A DNA stretch of 64,000 nucleotides. Origin: Octopus vulgaris. Taxonomy: Eukaryota. The notes beneath the pieces are model-generated. The model was given only the letters and a program-made list of their open reading frames with translations, did no database searches and was not told where the DNA came from. The translations under genes were made by a program, and so were the position numbers. Position 1 is the stretch's first letter. Each line of letters starts with the position of its first letter. The DNA is taken from the NCBI GenBank assembly GCA_951406725.2, contig OX597825.1:38130001-38194000 (forward strand), written 5' to 3'. Shown here piece by piece: positions 13,885-25,950 of the stretch.

Positions 13885-14611
13885 AAACTGTTCTCAGTAT
13901 TTAAGGAAGCTGACAAATACAAACAAGAAATCATACCACCTAATAAACATGAAGAAGAAGAAGAAGAAGAAGAAGAAGAAGAAGAAGAAGAAGAAGAAGA
14001 AGAAGAAGAAGAAGAAGAAGAAGAAGAAGAAGAAGAAGAAGAAACAACAAAAGCTATAAAACAAATGAAATCCAAACTAAATATAGAACAGCAACGAACC
14101 ATGATAAAACGATGGCAAGAAAAGCCCCTTCATGGTAAATACTGGACTAAACTAAACGCAAAAGAAATAGACAAAGAAAAATCCCAGCAATGGTTGAGAA
14201 GCTCAGGACTCAAAGCAGAGACAGAGGGATTTTTAATTGCAGCACAAGACCAAAGCCTCCCCACCAGAAATTACCAAAAACATGTAATGAAAAGAAATAT
14301 TACAAGTAACTGCAGAATATGTGGAGATGGACAAGAAACAATAAATCATATTATCTCTAGCTGCCCAGTCCTGGCTAAGAAGGACTATATTCACAGACAT
14401 GACAGAGTTGGAACCTACATACATTGGAAGCTATGCCAACATTATGGAATAACAACAGAAAAAAGATGGTATAGGCACACACCAGAAAAGGTCACAGAAA
14501 ACGAGAAAGCAACCATACTCTGGGATATGCCGATACACACAGATAGAGAAATTAAGGCCAACAGACCAGATATAGTTGTCAGAGATCACGAAGAAAAAAA
14601 TAAAACTACTG
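13885..14611 (+). mobile_element. 5'-truncated, internally deleted R4/Dong element (same subfamily as 13404-13865)
   Basis: WQEKPLHG...WLRSSGLKAETEGFLIAAQDQ...CRICGDGQETINHIISSC...RHD...NRPDIVVRD, then it jumps directly to the 3' terminus taaaactactg. Contains an internal (GAA)n at 13951-14043. Confidence 0.9.
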
Positions 14612-14627
14612 AATGATAATAATAATT

Positions 14628-14699
<72 letters not shown>

Positions 14700-14730
14700 T
14701 TAATAAAAACAATAACAATAGTAATAATAA
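14612..14730 (+). repeat. (AAT)n microsatellite (Dong 3' flank)
   Basis: Direct reading. Confidence 0.93.
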
Positions 14731-16991
14731 AAAAATTAATAAATAAAAATAATACTTATGATATTTAGCTCATTGCAGATTGGATGTTATGGTATAGTCC
14801 TCCTAGTAATTTCTTTAGACACACTTTTGAACTACAGAACAGTAGGTTACAGAGCACGCATTTTATTATAAATCTTATGTGCTAAGAACACCATTTTTGT
14901 GTTCTTAGTACAAGATTTGTATCTGTATGAGTTAGCTATATACAGATTAATGTTAGAATAGATTGAAATGGAATGTTTAACAAATTTCACTTATTGTATT
15001 GTCAATGGTAAGATACCAGATATACAGTTTAACTCACAGGTGCATAAACTACAAGCATTTTAAATACCTCTGGGGTTTACTGCTCGAGTATTACTGACAG
15101 TTTTAGGTCTCTTTGTATACAACTCCAGATAACTGACAATGGCTACTTTCTGTGGAATATATGAAAACAAATAGCATTTGATGTGGGAAAGTAGTTCAAC
15201 ATAAAATCTCTCTTTTGTAAACTCAGAATGAAACATATGTTTTACAACAGCCGAAATGTAGAACGAAATAGCTGAGCAAATGATATAAATAAGGTATGTA
15301 ACTGAATTTTGTGATGATGAGAAAATATGCCGTGCTACATCTCTGATATGTATGATGGTTTAGTGTCTGACCATGAAGAAATAAACAACAGTTTATATCG
15401 CAGAACAAACTAATTTGTAATCAGCTTTTAACAAGTCGACGTTTTCTAGTCTGTGCGGTCAGTGTATATGTCTTTAGACAATCTAAAAGTTACTTCGTAT
15501 TTTCTGAGAAATATAATTTTATTGAAAATATGGAGGGGGAACAGTGTTTATTTGTATTCTGTTCAGTTTATTCATCACCCCTCGAACATTTTCTCTTTAT
15601 CCTATTGACAGTCTGTCATATTAAGTGCTATTATAAATTCTAAACAAAGCGTGAAATATTTTCGTGTATTTTAGAAATCATCAGAATTATTTTACTTAGA
15701 TATGTCAAAAGAAATAAACGTTAAAGTATTCAAGAATTTTCTTTGCAAAGAAGTCTGTTTAAATTATTTTTTCTAATTTACTAGCATCTTTAGTAAAATA
15801 AATCGGTACGGAAGCGTTCTACACAAACACTGAACACCTGAAACCATGTGTGAATCTACATCCATTCGAGAATTTGAATAAATGAAAGTGGGTAGAATTT
15901 AAAATTTTATTTGGGCGTGTACGTATTCATCTGTAGAATAAAATACTTTTCCTGTAGATGAACGTTTATATCCCACTATATGCGGAATGCAGTGAATCAC
16001 TTTATCGAGTATACTTGCGCAATGATTAGTCTATATGAGTCCCGTCACCCACTCACCAAACCAGTAGATGTAGTAGAAGAGACCGTTTATTAGTGAATCT
16101 GTAATCGAGTGAGTGTTTTTGTACGTCTGCATTTCTATGCGAATTCTCAGAGCTTTCAGTGCCTGACAAAATAATTCATGGTACCTAGCATAATTCATTG
16201 CTTTCTTAATTCCACTTCTGACCTGGTACCTGTAAAGCATATAGCCAGCTTCAGAGCTTTGTGTGGAGAGGGAGGAAAATCGATAGTATTTAGATGGTAT
16301 ATGGAGGAAATAAATGAGTTTATCCATTCGGAGCGATATGGAATGGATAAAATAGAGTAACATGCATTTACGCGATTGCGTCTTTCGGTGTTTTTGTGCA
16401 AATGGATGCAATATACATTTTGCTTTATTTTTATATTTCGAATGCAATAATAAAAGAAGTGATCGGCAAAAAAATAATCAGACTGATCATAAGTACCAAA
16501 GTGGCTATGATCTCAGTGACGCTACCAGCACCAAAGATGCAGAAGTATTTCTATAACAAGTATTCAAGCTGCTGAATTATATTTCTGCAAAGAATTGAGC
16601 ATTTTTTCGTTGTTGTGTAGTGCAACATGAAAATATTTCATTTTCTCTTGCTCTCTTGAGAGATGTATCAAAACAATTATCTGCTCTTATCTTTCCCAGG
16701 ACATGAAGAAGTTTCGTATGAAATCCATAATAGTGAAAAGCGAATATAATTTGAATCACATGGAATATTTGAAATGTTTATCTTTCTCCTATTAGGTGTA
16801 AAATATTAAAAAATAAAGATAAGTAGCTAAGGCTTAGAAATATACGAAATTGAATTGAGATTGATGCAAAACAGTTCATAATAAACTATGCCAAGGACAC
16901 ATTTCTAATAATCTCTCAGGGAAAAAATTCTTAAGATTTATCACATATTATGGACTTATATACTATCATCATCATCATCATGATTATCAAC

Positions 16992-16992
<1 letters not shown>

Positions 16993-17073
<81 letters not shown>
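16993..17073 (+). repeat. (AAT)n microsatellite
   Basis: Direct reading. Confidence 0.93.
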
Positions 17074-17074
<1 letters not shown>

Positions 17075-17729
17075 TGGTACGACCACAAACCCGAGGGCAT
17101 CATCGAAAATGATAATGTAAAGATCCTGTGGGATTTTATGACTCATTGCGACCATGAGATAGAGAATAGGAAGCCAGACATAGTCTTAATTGAGAAAGAA
17201 ATTAAACTATGCTGGATCATAGATATATCATGTCTAGCTGACAACAAGGTATACGATAAATACCTTGTTGTCAGCTAGACATGATATATCTATGATCCAG
17301 CATAGTTTAATTTCTTTCTCAATTAAGACTATGTCTGGCTTCCTATTCTCTCTCTCATGGTCGCAATGAGTCATAAAATCCCACAGGATATTTGCATTAT
17401 CATTTTCGATGATGCCTTCGGGTTTGTGGTGGTACCAAGAGAAGCCGATAAGTATGACAGGTCATCTTGGGAAGCAAAGGAGTTGTGGTCGATGAAAAAA
17501 TATGGTAGTGGTACCATTAATTGTCAGAGCCCAGGGAATACTGAGTAAAAATCTCGAGAAGTACATGGAACAAATAAGGGCTGCAATAAGGTTGGGGCGC
17601 TTGCACTGCTTGGAAACGTTCGAAAACCCCGGAAGGTGCTCGAAAAATATGAGGTTTTACCATAGTTCACTGGTAGTGAACGGCTGACACCGTAGTACAC
17701 ATTTCCAGCGTTAGAAGCTGTGCAAAGGC
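17074..17729 (+). mobile_element. 5'-truncated R4/Dong element (third subfamily) with an internal 179-bp inverted duplication, flanked by (AAT)n on both sides
   Basis: WYDHKPEGIIENDNVKILWDF...NRKPDIVLI...IIDISC, then an inverted copy, then DKYD...KELWSMK and VVPLIVRAQGILSKNLEKY. Confidence 0.85.

Positions 17730-17808
<79 letters not shown>
17730..17808 (+). repeat. (AAT)n microsatellite
   Basis: Direct reading. Confidence 0.93.
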
Positions 17809-17810
<2 letters not shown>

Positions 17811-18747
17811 GAAAACGGTCAGGTTTTTACAAGAACTTAGCTCGTAGGATTCAGGCAGCCCAATGGAGAGATGCAAAAATTGAAGTGGACCTCTGGAAAC
17901 CGGGCTGTTATTGATCATGGAGGGTTAAATAGTGTTAGAAGTGAGAATCGAAATTACCTAATACATTTAATACATTTAAAAGGAGAATTACTGAACAGAA
18001 AGCTGGTGGCTTCACGCTGCCTCGATGTTTTTAGAAGGGGCTTGTGTGACATCGGATCCGTGGTCGACGAGGGTATGTGTTTTTAAAACACTCTAGGTAC
18101 GCACACGCGCACGCATTAGGTCCTAACGCGTTCATACTGTTATTCGATCAGACACATCTGATACACATGCATCCGCAGATATACGCAGTTGACATATATA
18201 CCCATATATACAAGCAGGCAAGATGTCAGACACGGCTGATTAGCACACACACTCATCGTGCAGACATCACAGCAAACATGCATATGTGCACCAACATGCG
18301 GATTACATTAGCGCTGATCCACATGCCTGTTTACATGCGTATCCCTCCACACGCATAGCAGTTATACACATATAGCCATTAGACTCTCATATCTTCGCAC
18401 TGTTGCTGACAATGCATACGATGTAGTACAAGTCCTTTCAATGACAACCCTGGAATCGTGAAGCCATTAGTCAAGCAATCCAATAATTTCACCGTTTCTA
18501 TGCATCTGGAGTCATTGGAGTTTAGATTCCACTTGTAATAACACCATATGACCCGCCTTAACCAATTGCATCTCACTTTCCTGTACCATTCTTGAAATCT
18601 CGGCACCTTTCTATTGTACTGCCTGAACCCGACGAGCTAGGATCTTTTAAGTAGCCTACAAAAGTTTAACTTGTATGAGGCAGAAAGTTATGTGTTAATC
18701 ATACAGGATGAGTTTAGTGCTTCATTCCTTCGTTTATATGCGTTAAT

Positions 18748-18962
18748 ATACACACACACGCACACACACATACACACACACGCACACACACATACACACA
18801 CACGAACACACACATACACACACACGCACACACACATACACACACACGCAAAAACACATACACACACATATATATGCAAGAGTATCAGATGTGTGCTAGT
18901 ATAGAGAAATATATATCTATGTGTATATAGACATATATATATATATATATATATACATACAT

Positions 18963-19019
<57 letters not shown>
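18748..19019. repeat. Compound (CA)n/(TA)n/(GA)n microsatellites
   Basis: Direct reading. Confidence 0.9.
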
Positions 19020-19023
<4 letters not shown>

Positions 19024-19309
19024 GATATACGTATATGTGTCTTAAGTAATAAACTTATGCTATTTCCCAACTTAACAACTTGGGTACATTTCTACCCTTG
19101 ATATCACAAAAGGAAAACATGCAGACAGTGTTCTAATAAAAGAAAAAGAATATAGGAGACAGATGTATTATATTTATGTATTAATTAGTATCATGTTTGT
19201 TAAATATGTCTCATATTGCAACAATATATCAGTCTCACAATGGTAATGACGGTGAAATTCTTCATCACAGTTGTATTCAATCTACAAACTTCATTACCGA
19301 TAAGCAATT

Positions 19310-19447
19310 CTTTTCTTTTCTACTCTAGGCACAAGGCCCGAAATTTTTGGAGAAGGGGCAGTCGATTAGATCGAGCCCAGTACGCAACTGGCACTTAATT
19401 TATCGACCCCGAAAGGATGACAGGCTGCGGAATTTGAACTTAGAACG
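19310..19447 (-). mobile_element. tRNA-derived SINE, family A (gttcaaattccgc...tcatcctttcggggtcgataaa core, Meta-domain-like)
   Basis: Reverse complement matches the copies at 29921, 39340 and 47178; B-box-like gttcaaattc. Confidence 0.75.
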
Positions 19448-19891
19448 ATTACAGATAAACAATTAGAAAGTATAAAAAATCAGCGTTCGTATTCTTGTGT
19501 TCTTCAGAAAATTTCTAGGCACTTGACTATTTCCAGTGGAAAAGACGATTAACTTATTCTTAACATGTCATTGGATGTATTAAACATGATTCTAATCAAA
19601 ATATTAAGTACTTATAAGAATATCAGCTCGTTAATCAACTCAGTCATGAAAACTTGAATCTGGTTTGCAATAAACCTTATCTAACATCGACTCACAATTT
19701 CACAAACATCACATTGTGAGAAATATATGAATGTGTGCGTTGCAACTTATATCATAAACAGTTGTAAATTGATGGAGTTCATTTATTAATATCTACTTCA
19801 TTTGTGAACTGACACACACGCGAGCTCACACACATACACACATAAATATAAACATCCAAACGCAATGTGTTCGTGACGATTTTCCATATAT

Positions 19892-20075
19892 AGGCAGAGG
19901 AGTGGCTGTGTGGTAAGAAGATTGCTTCCAAAACACATGCTTAGTGGTTCGGCAAAAGAGACTGAGTATATATGTACTAGACTTATAAAGAATGAGCCCT
20001 GGGGTCGATTTGTTCGACTAAAAGCGATGATCCAGCATGGCCGCAGTCAAATGACTGAAATAAGTAAAGTAATAA
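19892..20075 (+). mobile_element. tRNA-derived SINE, family B, internally deleted
   Basis: Head gagtggctgtgtggtaagaag (A box) joined to the tail ctggggtcgatttgttcgactaaa...ccagcatggccgcagtc; matches the copy at 60660. Confidence 0.75.
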
Positions 20076-20142
20076 AATAATAAAATAATGTGTGTGTGTG
20101 TGTGTAAATGGAAATATACACACACACACATATAATATGAAT

Positions 20143-20494
20143 TATATTTGCCAGTTAAATGTGGCTAACCACTAAAGGTGGATGGTACTGTAGCTTGCAG
20201 GCCCAGAAGAACATCTCCAGCTGGGTATTGACACACTTTCTGTGACCAGTAATTTCAAAGGGAAGCCATCCGCATCAAAGACCGGTGAATGTCGTGCGCT
20301 GACGACGGGTAAATACCCAGAAACCTGGGTCCGTGCGTATTACGTCAGTTCGACGATGGGAAGGATGGCTTCCCTTTGCAATTACTGGGAACAGAAAATG
20401 TGTCAATAGCCAGCTAGAGAAGATGTTCTTCTGGAGCTACAAGGTACAGTAGCATCCACCCTTAGTGATTAGCCACATTTAAGTGGCAAATATA
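20143..20494. mobile_element. Fold-back element (arms about 20143-20271 and 20363-20494) with a hammerhead motif in the loop; Penelope-LTR-like
   Basis: The arms are reverse complements (tatatttgcc.../...ggcaaatata; agggaagccatcc/ggatggcttccct). Same family as 24165-24520 and 57954-58214. Confidence 0.8.
20293..20337 (+). ncRNA. Minimal type-I hammerhead ribozyme, slightly degenerate
   Basis: cgtgcg-CTGACGA-cgggt aaat accca-GAAA-cctggg-TC-cgtgcg. Stem I has 6 bp with 2 GU pairs, the stem II closing pair is mismatched, and stem III is a near-palindrome (acctgggt). Confidence 0.7.
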
Positions 20495-20615
20495 CTTCAC
20501 ATTGTCGTGCAGCTACATCGTTCAGAGATGTATTATATATAATATTAGGGAGTGTAACCACAGTGATCTCTCTCTCTCTCTTTCTCTCTCTCTGTATATA
20601 TATATGTATATATAT

Positions 20616-20773
20616 GCGCAGGTGTGGGTGTGTGGTACGTAGCTTGCCTAACAACAACAGGGTTCCATGTTCAGCCTCACTGCGTGGCAACTTAGGATAG
20701 TGTCTTCATTAGCCTCGGGCTGACCAAACTCTCGAGAGTGGATTCGTTAGACGGAAGCTGAAATAAACCCATC
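20616..20773 (+). mobile_element. tRNA-derived SINE, family B (5' part, CORE-like)
   Basis: gcaggtgtgggtgtgtggt...cactgcgtggc...gcctcgggctgaccaaa...gacggaagctgaaa; matches the copy at 60660. Confidence 0.75.
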
Positions 20774-20819
20774 TATGTGTGTGTGTATATATATATTTAT
20801 ATATACATATATATACATA

Positions 20820-20867
<48 letters not shown>

Positions 20868-20925
20868 AAGGTACATACATAGCAGGTAAAAATTTATTAT
20901 ATAGAAGGAGTTGTGTGTGTGTGTG

Positions 20926-21214
20926 TGTAATTAAAAATTTAATAAGGGTAGAAATTGATATTAATCAATTAAAACCAGTGGTCCAGCATATTAAAAAATC
21001 CGAAGATTAAAATACTTTTACATACAAAATTTAAAGGAGTGACCACTAAAAGTGGACCGTCAACATGCTAGATATAGACGTCAAATCGCTATATTAGACA
21101 AAGAATATGTTCTCTTTATTTGAGAACATATTATTTGTGGAAAATAGCGATTTGACGTCTGTATCTAGCATGTTGTCTGTCCACTTTTAGTGGTTAGTCC
21201 TTTAAATTTTGTAT
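20926..21214. mobile_element. TA-flanked element containing a 193-bp palindrome (21022-21214, 7-nt loop at 21115-21121)
   Basis: atacaaaatttaaagga...aatatgttctc tttattt gagaacatatt...tcctttaaattttgtat. Homologous ends occur at 31006-31402. Confidence 0.75.
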
Positions 21215-21231
21215 ATATATATGAATGTATG

Positions 21232-21234
<3 letters not shown>

Positions 21235-21314
<80 letters not shown>
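21235..21314. repeat. (TA)n microsatellite
   Basis: Direct reading. Confidence 0.95.
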
Positions 21315-21319
<5 letters not shown>

Positions 21320-21938
21320 TACACGAATATAAATGAAATGGATATATTAGTAAGATGTACTTTAATCAATTTATCGCCATTTCCACTTGAATTATAAGTA
21401 CCCCCAATGTTTTCCTTTTTCAATCTGAAGGTCGGTGAAACTGTCAGTAGTTTGTGTGCTGTCATAAATTATATTATGCCCTATTTTTATGCTCATGATA
21501 TGAGTATGTACTTGAATAATTCAAGTGGACATACATATAGTATCCTATTATTAACATACTATAGTGGAATATAATTTTCTCCAGTATATGCAAATAAATT
21601 CTTTTGTTGTCTGAAGTATATAGCATGTTGAACACATCGATATGCAGAAAATTTTATTACAGTTTGTACCATGTTTATTCCAGTAATTTCTGTGTAGACA
21701 TATAAAATCCAACTACAACAGTTCGCAAATCAAGTGACAAAAGCAACACTCCGGCAAAATATACGATACATAAATACATCAAACGTCAACATTAAAATTA
21801 TATCCCAATTCGTGAAACAATTTATGGTCATACCAAAACACTAGCTAAAAGTACCTTAGCTCTTAAAAGACGTGTTGATTTCATAATGACTTGATTATTT
21901 TCTACAAGGCACACAAAACTTAAAGAATAATGCTCTCT

Positions 21939-21979
<41 letters not shown>

Positions 21980-22204
21980 ACATATGTGCTTATATAGATT
22001 TACATATACTTATGTTATGTATGCACAACTACATGCACACACAGACACACAGACAAACACACACACCGGCATATGTGCATATATATAGGTTTAAATATAC
22101 TTATGGTATGTATCCACATGTACACGCGCACACGTACGGAAATAAACACATACACTCACACATGCATGTGTCTACATATTAACATGATTGTATGTAGGTA
22201 TTTA

Positions 22205-22235
22205 TCTATCTATATATACATACTTATATATATAT

Positions 22236-22281
<46 letters not shown>

Positions 22282-22340
22282 TCACATATACATATATGTA
22301 TATATATATATATGAGCCTACATATATAATATAATATATA

Positions 22341-22386
<46 letters not shown>

Positions 22387-22420
22387 ACTTACATATATAT
22401 TTAATGCAATATATGCATAT

Positions 22421-22481
<61 letters not shown>

Positions 22482-22520
22482 TAGATAGATAGACAGATAG
22501 AGAGATATAGATATATACAT
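22205..22520. repeat. Compound (TA)n/(TAGA)n microsatellite
   Basis: Direct reading. Confidence 0.9.
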
Positions 22521-23155
22521 ACATATTTAGTGTAACATGATATAATATAAAAGTGAAAGTGTGTGAGTGTGCGCGCGCGCGTACATTTCGAATCTTTCAA
22601 ACGAAAATATTAATAATTGTTTCAGCTAAGATTACTATCTTAATACTCTTTGAAGAGCGACAATTTAATCGCCAATATCATTAATGCGAATTTTTCATAA
22701 GAAAAAGAAAATTCGGATGAGAAATGCTTTGTGTTATTTCTATTTCCGTTTCATTGCTACTATCTTTCGTGAAATAAAATTAAAACATTTCAGAAAACTT
22801 TAGTGTCTAGTAAAAACTTGGGAAAGAGTCGATAACGTAAAGTCTGACAGCTGTAATAATATTCTTTCCTTTACGAAATTAACAACAGTGTAATACAGAA
22901 ATTAAATATGAGTTTTAATGTAGTAGAAAGTAATAACTAGTAATAATTCATGCTTATTCCTTATGTGTAATAGTATCCAGGCATCCAATCATATGCTGAT
23001 GAATAAGTATGTAAATAATTACGACATAGCAAAGATGAATGATTTATGGAAACTGGAATTAACATTTTCGATTAAAGTAATCACATAACCATTGTCTATT
23101 CTGCTTATTTTTCTTCAAAGTAATAGCTTTGAAAACCTACTGATATATATATATT

Positions 23156-23245
<90 letters not shown>

Positions 23246-23246
<1 letters not shown>

Positions 23247-24119
23247 CGTAAGGTATTTGAGGACAGATTTATATTTATAATAAAATATATATAAAATAAC
23301 AGATAATAAATTTATCAAAAATGCTATGATGATAAAAATAAACCTTTTCTAAAATGTTATTCAATAACGCCACCTTCAGCTTCAACAACTGCTTCTATTT
23401 GAGATCTAAATCCTCTACATGCTCGAATCAAGTGGTCCTGGTTTATAAGCCCTTGTGCAAAGAAGTAAGGAGGCATCACATGTCCTTCATTATTGAGAAC
23501 CCCGAAAACCATGACAGTTCCAGGAAATTTTGTATGCACAAAACTTCTGCACATAAACACTTATCATTTGTTGTTAACTGTTTGATCCAGGTCGAAGTTG
23601 TTCTCGTTTGAGAAAAGCCAAATCAAATCTTCTGGAATTTTCGGTTTGTTTAAGAGGCTTTTAGATCTGATGTAGTGATTTTCTTTTGCTTTTTCTGACA
23701 ATTTGACCTTTCTTCGTGGACATTTCTGACTGTTTCTTCTGACACATGGAGATCGTTTGCAATTGACCACATGAAATTTATTGGATTGTAATCATTGGTC
23801 TCTTGAATTTTCTGGATAAATTCAGGTGTTCAGATGATTTTAAAGCGTTGAGAATGTGTTTTATATTTTGATATTAGTGATACGTTTCTCTAGCTCCATA
23901 CAAACTTTATAGACGAAAGTTCTGGCGACTTTTAAAAATCGAGATATTGCTAAATCCCAATGCTTAGTCTTTATAACCACAATAACAGCATGCCTCTCCA
24001 TTTTTTGAGCAAGCGGAGAGTCTGGTACAATTATTTTCTGAAACAAAGATTATGCAGGGTTAGCAAACAATGTAGCAATGACCAAAAAATATATGTCCTC
24101 AAATACCTTACGCACCATG
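23246..24119 (-). mobile_element. Internally deleted Tc1/mariner-superfamily (maT/DD37D-like) transposon relic with TIRs
   Basis: TIR gcgtaaggtatttgaggaca at 23246 and its reverse complement tgtcctcaaataccttacgc at 24094-24113, followed by TA. Minus-strand peptides: AISRFLKVARTFVYKV (HTH), WLFSNENNFDLDQTVN (first catalytic D region, FSDEK-like), TKFPGTVMVFGVLNNEGHVMPPYFF. Confidence 0.8.
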
Positions 24120-24164
<45 letters not shown>

Positions 24165-24167
<3 letters not shown>

Positions 24168-24520
24168 CGTATTTTTGCCATTTCAATATGGCTAACCCCT
24201 AAGGGTGGATGCTACTGTAGTTTTTAGCCCCAGGAGGACACACTCCTCCAGCTGGCCATAGACACACTATCTGTGTCCTGTCAGTATTTGCAAAGGGAAG
24301 TCATCCTTCCCGTCTTCAACTTATGATACACACGGACTCGAGTTTCGAGGTATTGACCTCTCGTCAGCGTGTGACAATCATAGTTGTCGCCGAGAATTAG
24401 ATTTCCTTCACAAATACTTATACTTTTTCCAGCGTCCACTGTCGCTGATATTGAAAAAGTGAAATCAAACAATGATAAATATCAAAGTGAGTTATATACA
24501 GTAGCGGTAACACATCGTGA
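24165..24520 (-). mobile_element. Single-arm copy of the 20143 family in (TA)n, carrying an intact hammerhead
   Basis: 24168-24335 is the reverse complement of 20330-20494; TA runs lie on both sides. Confidence 0.8.
24329..24373 (-). ncRNA. Minimal type-I hammerhead ribozyme, structurally intact (Penelope-type)
   Basis: Minus strand reads cacacg-CTGACGA-gaggt caat acctc-GAAA-ctcgag-TC-cgtgtg. Perfect 6-bp stem I, 5-bp stem II, complete core, palindromic stem III (actcgagt), GUC cleavage triplet. Confidence 0.88.
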
Positions 24521-25739
24521 CGTATATATATATATATATATATATATAGGAAAATATACAGCTATGGAAGTTTGTATATATGTACGTACCTACATACAAA
24601 CACATACAAAAGTAAAGTGTATCCAAGTCAATTAGCCAACTCCTGGTGTTAGATGTATTCTGTGATCAGACAAGGCACAGAAAATAATCCTGAACGAACT
24701 TATTTATATATATATATGTATATTTATATATTTATATATGTATATTTATATATATATATATGTATATATGTATATATGTATATACACACATATATACATA
24801 TATGCGTGTATGCATAAATGAATATATATGTGTGTGTGTGTATGTATGTGTCTGTCTGTGCCAGTATCAAATTGTGTGCGCTGGGTTGAAGTAAACGATG
24901 TTTTCTATTCAATGCGATGACGGTAAATTCTAAATTGTTTGAAATTCACCCTCTCGAGATTCGGAAAAATTTACTGAGCCTCGTTGAAATTAATATGAAT
25001 AAATTGCATGAAAGAGGAAATAATCTTAGCAAATAGTACAAATGGTTAAAGTGCTCTGGTTATAATCGCTGCCTACCTGTTTTTACAATTGTTCAATTAT
25101 GCCCTTCTTTATGCTGAAATCAACTTTTGTCATATTTTAATTATATAGACATATTATTCCAAGATATTTAGTCTGCTTTTTCAAGTAGATTCTATATGGT
25201 ACGCACATATCAATACTAATTTAAAATCTGTAACTAGGCCTAAGAATATTTGATAAGAGCAACCTTTTCTAGTTCTGAGATCAGGTGTTATCCATGACGG
25301 CCAGGAGGTATGTGCTTACATGAATTCGTTGTATAGATAATGAAATAGCAATATTTCGAGATATTCTTACGTTCGTAATTGTCAAAGCATATTGTTCATG
25401 AAACTTTAATATGTGGTCTAGAAATTCTTATTATTTGTTCGGTGATTCATTATTGTTCCTGTGTAACAATAATATATTTAATAGATTATATCTTGGTCAT
25501 ACTCACTAGTTCCTGTAACACAACTGTTGAATAATTGTTGACACATTAAGGACAGACTACAATTCAGAAAAAATAATTTTTTGAGAAAAGGTAACAAAGC
25601 ATTCCATTAAAACGTAAGAATACCCTCACATATGACATATTTACAAATTGCTCTAAAACCACATGCATTTATCTTCTACAGATCCAGTGGCATATATCTA
25701 TAAAAACACACACATACGTGCGGGCGCACGTACACGCAC

Positions 25740-25811
25740 ATACATATATATATGTATGTGGATATATATATATTGACATACATATACACACACATACTCA
25801 TACATACATTG

Positions 25812-25842
<31 letters not shown>

Positions 25843-25882
25843 TGTGTGTGTGCGTGTGTATACATATGGATATATATACATA

Positions 25883-25943
<61 letters not shown>

Positions 25944-25950
25944 GTATATA
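25740..25950. repeat. Compound (TA)n/(CA)n microsatellite
   Basis: Direct reading. Confidence 0.9.

Noticed and set aside
16031-16447. 138-aa minus-strand ORF as a host exon
   Set aside because: No recognisable domain and no supportable splice structure.
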